Assembly: GCA_009914755.4 (NCBI GenBank)
Contig: CP068257.2
Span: 10,400,001 to 10,464,000, forward strand
Source: the human T2T-CHM13v2.0 reference genome, Homo sapiens
DNA length: 64,000 nucleotides
Direction: 5' to 3'
A program made the translations under genes and the position numbers. Positions 43,591 to 56,349 of this stretch are shown in pieces. The notes beneath the pieces are model-generated. The model saw only the letters and a list, made by a program, of their open reading frames with translations, was not told where the DNA came from and ran no database searches. Numbering within the stretch: the stretch's first letter is position 1; each line of letters begins with the position of its first letter.

Positions 43591-43625
43591 TTTTTTTCTT
43601 TTTTTTATTTTGTTTTATTTTTTAT
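43591..43625 (-). other. L1 poly(A) tail (seen as T-rich tract TTTTTTTTCTTTTTTTTATTTTGTTTTATTTTT on +)
   Basis: A-rich tail immediately 3' of the L1 3'UTR end (AAAACTTAAAGTATAATAA) in L1 sense orientation. Abuts satellite at 43590. Confidence 0.9.
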
Positions 43626-43828
43626 TATACTTTAAGTTTTAGGGTACATGTGCTCATTGTGCAGGTTAGTTACATATGTATACATGTGCCATGCTGGTGC
43701 ACTGCACCCACTAACTCATCATCTAGCATTAAGTATATATCCCGATGCTATCCCTCCCCCCTCCCCCCACCCCACAACAGTCCCCAGAGTGTGATATTCC
43801 CCTTCCTGTGTCCATGTGATCTCATTGT
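43626..43828 (-). other. L1 3' UTR
   Basis: Lies between the ORF2 stop (TGA = tca on + at 43829-43831) and the poly(A). Contains the G-rich tract GGGGTGGGGGGAGGGGGGAGGGATAGCAT typical of the L1 3'UTR. Confidence 0.9.
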
Positions 43829-44231
43829 TCAATTCCCACCTATGAGTGAGAATATGCGGTGTTTGGTTTTCTGTTCTTGCGATAGTTTACTGAGAATGAT
43901 GATTTCCAATTTCATGCATGTCCCTACAAAGGACATGAACTCATCATTTTTTATGGCTGCATAGTATTCCATGGTGTATATGTGCCACATTTTCTTGATC
44001 CAGTCTATCACTGTTGGACATTTGGGTTGGTTCCAAGTCTTTGCTATTGTGAATAATGCCGCAATAAACATACGTGTGCATGTGTCTTTATAGCAGCATG
44101 ATTTATATTCCTTTGGGTATATACCCAGTAATGGGATGGCTGGGTCAAATGGTATTTCTAGTTCTAGATCCCTGAGGAATCGCCACACTGTCTTCCACAA
44201 TGGTTGAACTAGTTTACAGTCCCACCAACAA
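43829..44231 (-). pseudogene. Truncated L1 ORF2 C-terminal fragment (about 133 aa, open frame, ends SLIGGN-stop)
   Basis: Translation HCWWDCKLVQPLWKTVWRFLRDLELEIPFDPAIPLLGIYPKEYKSCCYKDTCTRMFIAALFTIAKTWNQPKCPTVIDWIKKMWHIYTMEYYAAIKNDEFMSFVGTCMKLEIIILSKLSQEQKTKHRIFSLIGGN matches the ORF2p C-terminus from memory. The upstream part of the listed ORF (to 44479) is satellite read-through. Not a functional gene: it lacks the EN/RT domains. Confidence 0.9.
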
Positions 44232-45540
44232 TGAATTGAATGGACTCGAATGGAATGGAATGTAGCCGATTTGAATGGACTCGAATGGAAAGGAATGTAC
44301 TGGAATGATATGGACTCGAATTGAATGGAATGGATTGGAATGGAATGAAATGGACTCGAAAGGAATGGAATGGAATGGCATGAAATGGAATGCAATGTAA
44401 TGGAATGAAACGGAATGCAATGGAATGGAGTGAAATTGAATGGACTCGAATGGAATGCAATTGAATTGAATGGATTCAAAAGGAATGGAATGGAATGGAA
44501 TGGAATGTACTCGAATGGAATGGAATGGAATCAACTCGAGTGAAATATGGAAAGGAATGGAATGGACTCGAGTGGAATGGGCTGGAATGGAATGGACCCG
44601 AAAAGAATGGAGTAGAATGGAATGGACTCGAATGCAACGGACACGAATGCAATGCAATGGACTCGAATGGAATGGAAAGGAATGGATCCTAATGGAATGG
44701 AATGGAATGGACTTGAAAGGAATGGAAATGAATGGACCCGAATGAAATGGAATGGAATGTATTGGAATGTACTGGAATGGAATGGAATGAAATGGAGTGG
44801 AATGGACTTGCCTGGAATAGAATGGAATGGAACAGAACGGACTCGAAGGGAATGGAATGAAATGGACTCGAATGGAATAGAATTGAATGGAATCGAAAGG
44901 AATTGAGTGGAATGGAATGGGCTCGAATGGAATGGAATGTAAGGTACAAGAATAGAATGGAATGGACTAGAATAAAATGGAAGGAAACGGACCCAATTGG
45001 AATGGATGGGAATGGAATGGAATGGAATGTACTTGAATGGAATGGAACGGAATGGAATGTACTTGAATGGAATGGAATGGAATGGAATGGAATGGAATGC
45101 AATGGACTTGAATGGAAGAGAATGGAATGGAATGGAACGGACACGAACAGAATGCAGTGGAATGGACTCGAATGGAATGGAATAGACTCGAATGGAATGG
45201 AATGGAATTTAATTGAACGGACTCTAATGGAATGGAATCTAATGGAATGGAATGGAATGGACTCGAACTGAATAGAATGGAATGGACTCGAATGGAATGG
45301 AATGGAATGGACACGAAAGTAATGGAATGGAATGGATTTGAATGAAATGGAATGGAATTGAATGGTCTCGAAAGGAATGAAATGGAATGCAAAGGATTGG
45401 ACTTGAATGGAATTGAATGGTATTGACTCAAAGGGAATAGAATGGAATGCACCCTAATGGAATGGACTGGAATGGAATGGATTCGAATGGAATGGATTGG
45501 AATGGAATGGACCCAAATGGAATGGAATGGAATCTAATCG

Positions 45541-45660
45541 ATTCGAGTGCAATGGAATGGAAAGGAATGGACCCGAATGGATTGGAATGGAATCTAATCG
45601 ATTTGAGTGCAATGGAATGGAAAGGAATGGACCCGAATGGATTGGAATGGAATTGCCTCG
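45541..45660 (+). repeat. 2 x 60 bp tandem duplication (1-2 mismatches) with a diverged third copy upstream at 45481-45540
   Basis: ATT(C/T)GAGTGCAATGGAATGGAAAGGAATGGACCCGAATGGATTGGAATGGAAT... repeated. ORF 45447+ shows the 20-aa repeat MEWKGMDPNGLEWNLIDLSA. Confidence 0.9.
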
Positions 45661-45943
45661 AATGGAATAAACGGAAAGGACTCAAATGCAATGCAATGGA
45701 ATGGATTCAAATGGAATGCAGTGGAAAGGAATCAAACGAAATGGAATGGAATTGATTGGACTTGAATCAAATGGAATGTAATGTTATGGAATGGACTAGA
45801 ATAGAATGGAATGAATGGAATGAAATGGAGTCGAATGGAATAGAATGGAATGGAGGCACTCGAATGAAATGGAATGGAATGGAAGAGAATGCAATGGAAT
45901 GAACTGGAATGGAATCTAATGGACTCGAAAGGAATGGAAAGGA

Positions 45944-46960
45944 ATTTAATGGTATGGTGTCGAAAATCATGGAATGGAATGGACTCAAAAGTAATGGAAT
46001 GGAATTGAAAAGAAGTCAGAGGAATGGAAAGGAATAGTATGGGCATGAATGTAATTGAATGGAATGGAATGGAAAGAAATGGTATCGAATGGTATGGAAT
46101 GGAATGGACCCGAAAGGAATGGAAAGGAATGGAATGGAAAGGATTCGAATGGAGTAGAATGTAATGGAGTGGAGTGGAATGGAATGGAATGGACTCGAAT
46201 GGAATGGAATGGAATGTACCCGAATGGAATGGAATGGACAGGAATGGAATGCAATAATGTGGAATGGAAAGGACTTGAATGGAATAGAATGGAATGGAAT
46301 GGAATGGACTCAAAAGGAATGGGATGGAATGGACTCGAATGGAATGGAATGCACACGAATGGAATGGAATGGAGTCTAATGGACTTGAAAGGAATGGAAC
46401 GGAATTTAATGGTATGGTATCGAAAATAATGGAATGGAATGGACTCAGATGGAATGGAATGGACTCGAAAGTAGTGGAATGGAATTGAAAAGAAGTGAGT
46501 GGAATGGAATGGAATAGTATGGGCACGAATGTAATGTAATGGAACGGAATTGAAAGAAATGGACTGGAATGGAATGGAAAGAAATGGGCTCGAATGGAAT
46601 GGAATGGAATGGACATGAAAGGAATGGAAAGGAATGGAATGGAAGGGATTCGAATGGAGTAGAATGTAATGGAGTGGAGTGGAATGGAATGGAATGGACT
46701 CGAATGGAATGGAATGGAATGTACCCAAATGGAATGGAATGGACAGGAATGGAATGTAATAATGTCGAATGGAAAGGACTTGAATGGAATAGAATGGAAT
46801 GGAATGGAATGGACTCGAAAGGAATGGAATGGAATGGACTCAAATGGAATGGAATGGAACTTAAGGGAAAGGACTCTAATTGAATGGAATCCAATGGAAC
46901 AGAAAGGAATGGAATCGAAGGGAAAAGAATGCAATGGAATGCAATGGAAAAGACTGGAAA
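45944..46960 (+). repeat. Tandem duplication of a ~460-510 bp unit (2 copies; 2nd carries ~50 bp of extra insertions)
   Basis: GGAATTTAATGGTATGGT(G/A)TCGAAAAT(C/A)ATGG at 45944 and 46404. AATGGAATGGAAAGAAATGG...GATTCGAATGGAGTAGAATGTAATGGAGTGGAGTGG at ~46060 and ~46570. ORFs 46055+ and 46569+ are near-identical (MEWKEMVSNGMEWNG...). Confidence 0.85.
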
Positions 46961-49900
46961 GGAATGGAATGGAAGTGACTCTAATGGAATTGAATGGAAT
47001 GGGCTCGAATGGCATACAATGTAATGGACTCAAATGGAATGGTGTGGAATGGAATGGACTCGAATGGAATGGAGTTGAATGGACTCAAATGGAATGGAAT
47101 TGAATGGACTCTATTGGAATGGAATATAATGCAATGAAATGGACTCGAAAGGAATGGAATGGAATGTACTCGAATTTAATGGAATGGAATGGAATGGAAT
47201 GGACTCGAATGAAATGGAAAGGAGTAGAATGGACTCAAAAGGTATGGAATAGAATGCACATGAATGGGATGGAATGGAATGGAAAGGGCTCGAATTGAAT
47301 TGAATGGAATGAAATGGACTCAAAAGGAATACAACAGAGTTTCATGGAATGCATTGTAATGGAATGGAATGGAGTGCACTCGAATTCAATAAAATGGACT
47401 GGACTCGAATGGAGTGGATTGTAATGGAATGGACTTGAATGGAATTAAATGGAATTGATGCAAATGTAATTGAATGGATTGGACTCGAATGGAATGGAAT
47501 GGAATGGAATGGAATGGAATGGAATGGAATGGAATGGATTCGAATGGAATGGAATGGAATGGACCTGAATGGAATGGGTTGGAAAGGAATGGTCTCCAAT
47601 GGAAAGGACTCAAAAGAATAGCATGGAATGGATTGGACTCGAATGCAATGGAATGGAATGGACTCGAATGGAATGGAAGAGACTTGAACGGAATGGAATG
47701 GAATGGAATAGACTCTAAGGGAACAGAACGGAATGCACTCGAATGGAATGGAATAGCAATGACTCAAATGGAATAAAATGGAATGGACTCGAATGGAATG
47801 GAGAGGAATGCAATGGACTCGAATGGGAATGGATTGGAATGGACTCAAATGGAATGTAATAGAATTGAATGGACTCGAATGGAATGGAATGTAGACGAAT
47901 AAGATGGACTCAAATGGAATGGAATGGAATGGAATGGAATGGAATGGAATGGAATGGAATGGCATGGAATGGACTCGAATGGAAGGTAATGGTCTAGAAT
48001 GGAATGGAAAGAATGGAATTTACTCGAATGAAATGGAATACAATGGAATGGAATGGAATGGAATGGAAGGGAATGGAATGCAATGGACTCGAATACAAGG
48101 GATTGGAATGGACTCGAATGAAACGGGTTGGTATGGAATGTACTCGAATGGAATGGAATGGAATAGACTCAAATGGAATAGAATGGAATGGAATGGACTG
48201 GAATGGAATGAAATAGAATGGACTCGAATGAAATAGATTAGAATGGAATGGAATGGAATGGAATGGAATGGAATAGAATGGAATGGAATGGACTCAAATG
48301 GAATAGAACGTAATGGAATGGAATATACAAGAATGGCATGGACTTGAATGGAATACAATCGATTGGAATCGAATGGAATGGAAGGGAATGGAATGGTATC
48401 GAATGGATTGGACTCGAATGGAATGGAATGGAATGGACTCGAGTGGAATGGAATGGAATCGTATGGACTCAAATGGAATGGAAGGGAATGGAATGGAATG
48501 GAATGGACTCGAATGGGATGGAAAGGAATGAAAATGACTCGAGTGGAATGGAATGAAATGGAATGGACTCGAATAGAATGGAATGGAATGAACTTGAATG
48601 GAAAGGAATGTAATGGACCTGAATGAAATGGAAGGGAATGGAATGGAAAGGATTCGAATGGAATAGAAGGGAGGGGAGTGGAATGGAGTGTAATGCATTG
48701 GACTGGAATGGAATGGAGGGGAATGGTCCCAATGGAATGGAATGGAATGGAATGGACTTGAATGGAATAGAATGGATTTGAATGGAATGGACTCAAAAGG
48801 AATAGCATGAAACGGACTCAAATGGAATGGAATGGACACAAATGGAATGGAATGGAATGGACTCGAATGGAATACAATAGTATTTAATGTAATGGAATCT
48901 AATGGAATGCAATGGAAAGGACTCGAATGGAATAGAGTGGAATGGACTGAAATGGAATGGAATGCAATGGAATGGACTAGAATGGAATGGAATGCAATGG
49001 AATGGACTCGAATGGAATGGAATAGAATTGACTCGAATGGAATTGAATGGAATGGACAAGAATGGAAATTAATGGAATGGAATGGAATGGAATGGTCTCG
49101 AATGGAATGGAGTGGAGTGGCATGGACTCGAATGGAATGGAATGGAATGGAATGGATTCGAAAGGAATGAAATGGAATGGAGTCGAAAAAAATGGGTTGG
49201 AATGGAATGAACTCGAATGGAATGGAATGGAATGTACTCAAATGGAAGAGTATGGAATGGAATGGACTGGAATGGAATGCAATGAAATGGACTCGAATGG
49301 AGTGGAATAGACTCGAATGGAATGGAATGGGATGGACTCGAATGGAATAAAACGCAATGGAATGAAAAGTACTAGAGTGGAATGGAATGGACAAGTATGG
49401 AATGGAATGGAATCAAATGGTACGTAGTGGAATTGAATGGACTGGAAGGGATTGGACTCGAATTCAATGGAATGAAATGAACTCGAATGGAATGGAATGT
49501 AATGAAATGCACTCGAGTGGAATAGAATGGAATGGACTCGAATGGAATAGAATAGAATGGACTCAAATGGAATAGAATGGAATGGACTCCATTGGAATGG
49601 AAGGGAATGGAATGTACTCGAATAGAATGGAATGGAATGGAATGGAATGTATTGGAATCGAATGGAATGGAATGGAAAGGAAAGGTATGGAATGGAATGG
49701 AATGGAATTTAAATGGAATGTACATGAATGGTAAGGAATTGCATTGAATGGACTCAAAAGTAATGGAATGGACTCTAATGGAATGGAGTGGAATGGAATG
49801 GACTCGAATGGAATGGACTCGAATTTAATGGAATGGATGCGAATGGAATGGAATGGACTCGACTGGAATGGAATGGCATCAAAGGGACTCAAAAGGAATG

Positions 49901-52699
49901 GAATGCAATGGAATGGAATGGAATGGAATGGAATGGAATGGAATGCACTTGAATGGAATGGAATGGAATTGAATACACTTGAATGGAATGGAATGGAATG
50001 AAAATGACTTGAGTGGAATGGAATGTAAAGGAATGGACTTGAATGCAATGGAATGGAATGGAATGCACTTGAATGGAATGGAATTGATTGGAAAGAAAAG
50101 AAATGGACCTGAAAGAAATGGAAGGGAATGAAATGGAAAGGACTCAAATGGAATAGAATGGCATGGACTGGAATGTAATGGAATGGAATACACTCGAATG
50201 GAATTGTATGGAATGGCCCCAATGGAATGGAATGGAAAGAAATGGAATGGACTGTAATGGACTAAAACGGAATGGAAAGGAATGTACTAGAATGTAATGT
50301 ATTGGAAAGCAATCCAATGGAATAGAATGGAATGGAATCAAATGGAATGGAGTGGAATGGAATGGACTCGAATGGAATGGACTCAAATGCTATGGAATGG
50401 ACTCGAATGGCATGGAAAGGAATTTAGCCGAGCGGAAAGGATTGGAATGGAATGGAATGGAGTGGAAAGGAATGGAATGGAATGGAATGGAATGAAACGG
50501 AATGGAATGGAATGGAATGGAATGAAACGGAATGGAATGGACTTGAATGGAAAAGAAAGGATTGGAATGGAATGGACTCGAAAGGAATGGTACTGAATGG
50601 AATCGAATGGACTCGAATAGAATGGACATGAATGGAATGGAATGGAATACAATGAAATTTAATGGAATGGACACGAATGGAATGGATTGGAATGGAAATG
50701 AAAGTAATGGAATGGAATGGAATGGACTCAAAATGAATGGAATGGAATGCAATGAAATGCACTCGAATGGAATAGAATGGAATGGAATCGAAAGTAATGG
50801 AATGGAATTAAATGGACTCGAAATGAATGGAATGGAATTAATTTAATGGACGGGAATGTAATAGAATGGAATGGAATAGACTCGAATGGAATGGAAAGGA
50901 ATGGACTCGAAAGGAATGCAGTTGAAAGGAATGGTATGAAATGGAATGGAATGGAATGGAATGGAATGGAATGGAAAGCTATCAAATGGAATGGAATGGA
51001 TTTGAATGGAATAGAATGGACTCGAATGGTATGGAATGGAGTGTAATCGACTCGAGAGGAATGAAATGGAATGGAGTGCACTCGAATGAAATGGAATGAA
51101 ATGGAATGGACATGAACCGAATGGAATGGGTGGGAATGGAATGAACTCCAGTGAAATAGAATGGAATGGAAACGAGTGGAATGCAGTGTAGTGGAATGGA
51201 CTCGAATGGGTTGGAATGGAATGGACTCGAAATGGTTGGAATGGAATGGCCTCGAATGGAATGGAATGGATTGGATTGAAATGAAATAGAATGGATTGGA
51301 ATGGAATAGAATGGAATGAATGGAATGGACTCGAATGGAATGGAATGAACTCAAATGAAATGGAACGGAATGAAAAGTAATCGAATGGAATAGAATAGAA
51401 TGGAATAGAATGGGCTAGAGTGGAATGGAAAAGAATGGACTGGAATGGAATACAATTGAATTGAATGGACTTGAAAGAATGGAATAGAATGGAATGGAAC
51501 AGACTCGAAAGGAATGGAATGGAATGGAATGGACTCAAATGGAATGGAATGGACTTGAAAGAAATGAATGGAATGGAATCGACTCAAGTGGAATGGAAAC
51601 GAATGGAATTGACTCCAATTGAGTGGAATGGAATGGAATGTCCTCGAATGGAATGGGATGGACTGTACCCGAATGGAATGGAATAGAATGGAATGGACTA
51701 GAAAGGAACACAATGGAATGGATTGGAATGGACTCGAATGGAATTCTATGGAATGGAAAGGACCCGAAAGCAATGGAATGGAAGGGAAGGGAATGGAAAG
51801 GAATGGGATGGACTCGAATGTAATGGGATGGACTCGAATATTATGGAATGGAATTAACACGAATGGAAAGGAATGGACTAGAATGGAATGTAATGGATTG
51901 GAATTGTAACGAATTGAGTGGAATGGAATGGAATGGAATGGAATGGACTCGACTGGAATGGAATGGACTCAAATGGGACGGAATGGAATGGACCCGAATG
52001 AAATGGAATGGAATTGAATGGTATGGACTCAAATGCAATGGAATGGAATTGACTGGAATCGAGCAGAATGGAATTGAATGGAATGGACTCGAAGAGAATG
52101 GAATAAAATGGACCCAAATGGAATGGAATGGAATGGAATGGAATGGAATGGTATTGAATGGAATGAACTTCAATGGAACAGAATGGAATGGAATGGAATG
52201 GAATGGAATGGAATGGAATGGAATGGAATGGAATGGATTTGACCCGTATGGAATACAGTGGAATTTAATGGAATGAACACTAAAGGATTGGAATGGAATG
52301 GACTCGAATGTAAGAGAATGGAATGGACTCGAATGGAAAGGAATATAACGGAGTGGACTCGAATGGAATGGATTGGAATGAACTCGAAAGGAAGCAATGT
52401 TATTCAAAGGAAGGGACTCGAATGGATTGGAAAGGAATGGTCCTGAAAGGAAAGGAATGCATTGGAATTGACTCAAATGGAATGGAATTGACTGGAATTG
52501 AATTGAATGGAAGGGGACGGACTCAAACGGAATAGAATGGAATTCAATGGAATGGAATGGAATGGAATGGACTCGAATGGAATGGAATGGACTGAAATGG
52601 AATAGAATGGAATGGAATGGACTCGAATGGAATGGAATGGATTCGAATGCAGTGGAATGGAATGGAATGGACTCGATAGGAATAGAATGGAATGAAATG

Positions 52700-53350
52700 G
52701 AATGGACTCGAATGGAAATGAATGGAATGGAATTGAATGGAATAGAATGGAATGGAATCAAATGGAAGGGATTGGAACGAAATGGACTCGAATGGGTTGG
52801 AATGGAAAGGACTCGAATGGAATGGAATGCAATCGACTCAAACGGAACAGAATGGAATGGAATGGACTCGAATCGAATGGAATGGGATGGACTCGACTGG
52901 TATGGACTGGAATGGAATGGACTCGAATGGAATGGAAAGTAAAGGAATGGAATGGACTCGAATGGAATGGAATGGGATGGAATGGACCCAAATGGAATGG
53001 AGAAGATTTGAATTGAATGGAATGCAATGGAATGGAATGGACTCGAAAGGAATGCAATTGTATTGAATGGAATTGAAAGGAATGGAATGGATTAGACTTG
53101 AATGGAACGTACTCGAATGGAATGGAATGGAATGGATTCTAATTGAAAGGAATGGACTCGAATGGAATGGAATGGAATAGACTCAAATGGAATAGAATGT
53201 AATGGAATGGACTCGAATGGAATGGAATGGAATGGACTCGAATAGAATGGAATGGAATGGAACCGAGTGGAATGGAATGGATTGGAATGGACACGAATGT
53301 CATGGAATGGACGCCAATGGAATAGAATTGAAGGAAATGGAATGGAATGG
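52700..53350 (+). repeat. ~650 bp segment duplicated ~3.63 kb downstream (partner at 56350-57000)
   Basis: AAGGGATTGGAA.GAAATGGACTCGAATGGGTTGGAATGGAAAGGACTCGAATGGAATGGAATGCAATCGACTCAAA at 52764 and 56408 (offset 3644). AATAGAC.CAAATGGAATAGAATGTAATGG at 53176 and 56794. ACACGAATGTCATGGAATGGACGCCAAT at 53291 and 56924. ORFs 52702+ and 56300+ share ...GIGTKWTRMGWNGKDSNGMECNRLK.NRM.W...TRLVWTGMEWTRMEWKV. Confidence 0.8.
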
Positions 53351-56349
53351 ACTCAAATGGAATGGAAAGGAACGGAATGGAATGGAATGGAATGGAATGG
53401 AATGGAATGGAAAGGAATGGAATCAACAGGAATGGAATGGAATGGAAAGGAAAGGACTCGAATGGAATGGACTCAAATGGAATGGAATGGACACGAATGG
53501 AGTGGAATGGAATAGAATGGACTCAAATGGAATGGAATGGCCTCCAAAGGAAGGGAGTGGCATTTAATGAATGGATTCTAATGGAATGGCATGGAATGGA
53601 CTGGAATGGAATAGAATGGAATGGATTCGAATGGAGTGGAATATAATGGTGTGGACACGAATTGAATGGAATGGAATGGACTAGAAAGGAATCGAATGGA
53701 ATGGACTAGAATGGAATATAATGGAATTGAATGGAGATGAAAGGAATGGAATGGAATGCAATGGAATGGACTTGAATCGAATGGAATGGAAAGTACTCAA
53801 ATGGAATTAAACGGACCAGAATGGAATGGAATGGAATGGAACAGTATTGAATGGAATGGAAGGGAATGCAATTTAATAGAATGGAATTGAATGGAATGGA
53901 AAGGATTGGAATGGAATGTACTTGAATGGAATATTACGGATTGGAATGGAATGGACTCGAAGGCAATGGAAAGGAATGGACTTGAATTGTGTGGAATGTC
54001 CTCGAATGCAATTGAATGGAATTTAAGGGAATGGACTCTAATGAAGTGGAATTTAATGGACCCAAATGGAATAGAATGGAATGGACTTGAATGGAATGGA
54101 AAGGAAGCGAAGGGACTTGAAATGAAAGGAATGGAATGGAATGGACTCGAATGGAATGGAATGGAATGGACTCGAATGGAATGGAATGGAATGGAATGGA
54201 ATGGATTCGAAAGGAATACAATGGACTCCAATGGAATGGAATGGAATGGAAATGACTCGAGTGGACTGGAATGGAATGGATTGGACCCCAATGGAATGGA
54301 ATGGAAAGTACACTAATGGAATGGAATGGAATGCAATGGAGTGGAATGGAACCAACAGGAATGGAATGGAATGGAATGGAATGGAATGGAATGGAATGGA
54401 ATGGAATGGAATGGAATGGACTCGAATGGAATGGAATTCAATGGACGCCAATTGAATGGTATGGCCTCGAAAGCAATGGAATGGAATTTAATGCAATGGA
54501 CTCTAATGGAATTTATTCTAATGAAAAGGAATTTAATGCACTTGAATGAAATAGAATGCAATGGACTCGAATGGAATGGAAAGGAATCGAATGTACATGA
54601 AATAAATGGAATGGAATGTACTGGAATGGAATGCAATGGATACGAATGTAATTGAATGGATTGGACTCGAATGGAATGGAATGGACTCAAGTGGTATGGA
54701 ATGGAATGGAAACGAGTCGATTGGAATGGAATGGTGTCGAATTGAATGGAATGGAATGTACTCACATGGAATGAAATGGAATGGAATGGACACAGAAGGA
54801 ATGGAATGGAATGGAATGGAATGGAATGGAATGGAATGGAGTCGAATGGAAAAGAATGGAAAGAACTGGAATGGAATGGATTGGAAATGATTGGAATGGA
54901 ATGGAATGTCCACAAAAGGAATGGAATGGAATGGACACGAATGGAATGGAGTGGAATTCAATGGATTGGAATGGAATTGAATGGTATGGAATGGAATGGA
55001 CTTTAATGGAATAGAATGTTATGGAAAGGAATGGATTCAAAAGGAAGGGAATGGAATGGACTCGAATGCAATGGAAGGGACACGAATGGAATGGAAAATA
55101 ATTGAACGGAATTCAGTGTAATTTAATGGAATGGACTCTAATGGACTGGAATGGAATGGACTCGATTGTAATGGAATGGAATTGAATGGACTCGAAAAGA
55201 ATGGAATGGAATGAAATGGAATGGAATCGAATGGAAAGGAATATAATGAACTCGAAAGTAATGGAATGGAACTGAATGGACTCGAAAAGAATGGAATGGA
55301 ATGCAATGGAATGGAACAGAATGGAATCGAATGGATTGGAATGCAATGGCTTGGACTCCAATGGAATGGAATGGAATTGACTCAAATGGTATTGAAATGT
55401 ATGGACACGAATGGAATGGAATGGAATGGAACAGACTCGAATTGAATGGAATGGAGTGGAATGGAATCGAATGAAATGGAATGGAATGAACTCAAATGGA
55501 ATGCAATGGAATGTACTCGAAAGGAAGGGAAAGAAATCGAATGGAATAGAATGGTATGGAAATGACACTAGTGGAATGGAATGGAATGGAAAGGAATGGA
55601 CTAGAATGGGAAGGAATGTAATGGACTCGAATGGAATATAACGGAATTAAATTGACTCGAGTGGAATGGAATAGAATGGAATGGACTCTAATGGAATGGA
55701 AAGGAATTGACTCGAATGGAATAGAAAAGAATGGACCCAAAAGGAATGGAATGGAATGGACTCGAATGGAATGCATTGGAATGGAATGGAATTGAATGGA
55801 CTAGAATACAACGGAATGTCATGGTATGGAATGGACTCGAATGGAATGGAATGAAATGGAATGAAACGGAATGGAATGTAATGGAATGGAATGGAATGGA
55901 ATGGAATGGAACAGACTCGAGTGGAATGGAATGGACTCGAATGGAATGGAATGGAATTGACAGGACTCGAAAGGAATGGAATGGAATGGACTGGACTCGA
56001 GTGGAATGGAATGGAATGGACTCGAATTGAATGGAATGGAATTGACAGGACTCGAAAGGAATGGAATGGAATGGAATGGAATGGACTCAAAAGGAATGGA
56101 ATGGATTGGAATGGAATGGAATGGATTGTGCTCGAATGGAAAGAAATGGAATGGACTCGAATGGAGTGGAGTGGAATAGAATTGACTGAAATAGAAGGGA
56201 AACTACTCAAGTGGAATTCAATGGAATGGAATGGACTAGAATGGAATGGAATGGACCGAAAAGGAATGCAATGAATGAAATGGAACGGACTCGAATGGAA
56301 TGAAATGGAACGGAATGGACGGGAATCGAATGGAATGTAAAGGAATGGA

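Larger units (their letters stand above)
43591..44231 (-). mobile_element. LINE-1 (L1PA-type) 5'-truncated 3' end, about 640 bp: ORF2 C-terminus + 3'UTR + poly(A), inserted antisense to the GGAAT strand
   Basis: On + it reads poly-T, then ...TATACTTTAAGTTTTAGGGTACATGTGC...CCCTCCCCCCACCCCACAACAG...CCACAATGGTTGAACTAGTTTACAGTCCCACCAACA. This is the reverse complement of the L1 3'UTR/ORF2 end as I recall the L1HS consensus. Several substitutions relative to that remembered L1HS consensus suggest an older L1PA subfamily. Right boundary +/-3 bp, because the terminal AATG could be L1 or satellite. Confidence 0.95.

Noticed and set aside
43591-43625. T-rich tract as a regulatory poly(dT) element or replication origin-like sequence
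   Set aside because: It is directly contiguous with the L1 3' end in antisense and is the element's poly(A) tail.
43584-43964. 126-aa ORF on + strand (MEFFFFFLFCFIFYY...)
   Set aside because: It is antisense read-through of the L1 poly(A) tail, 3'UTR and ORF2 end. Low-complexity start, no support.
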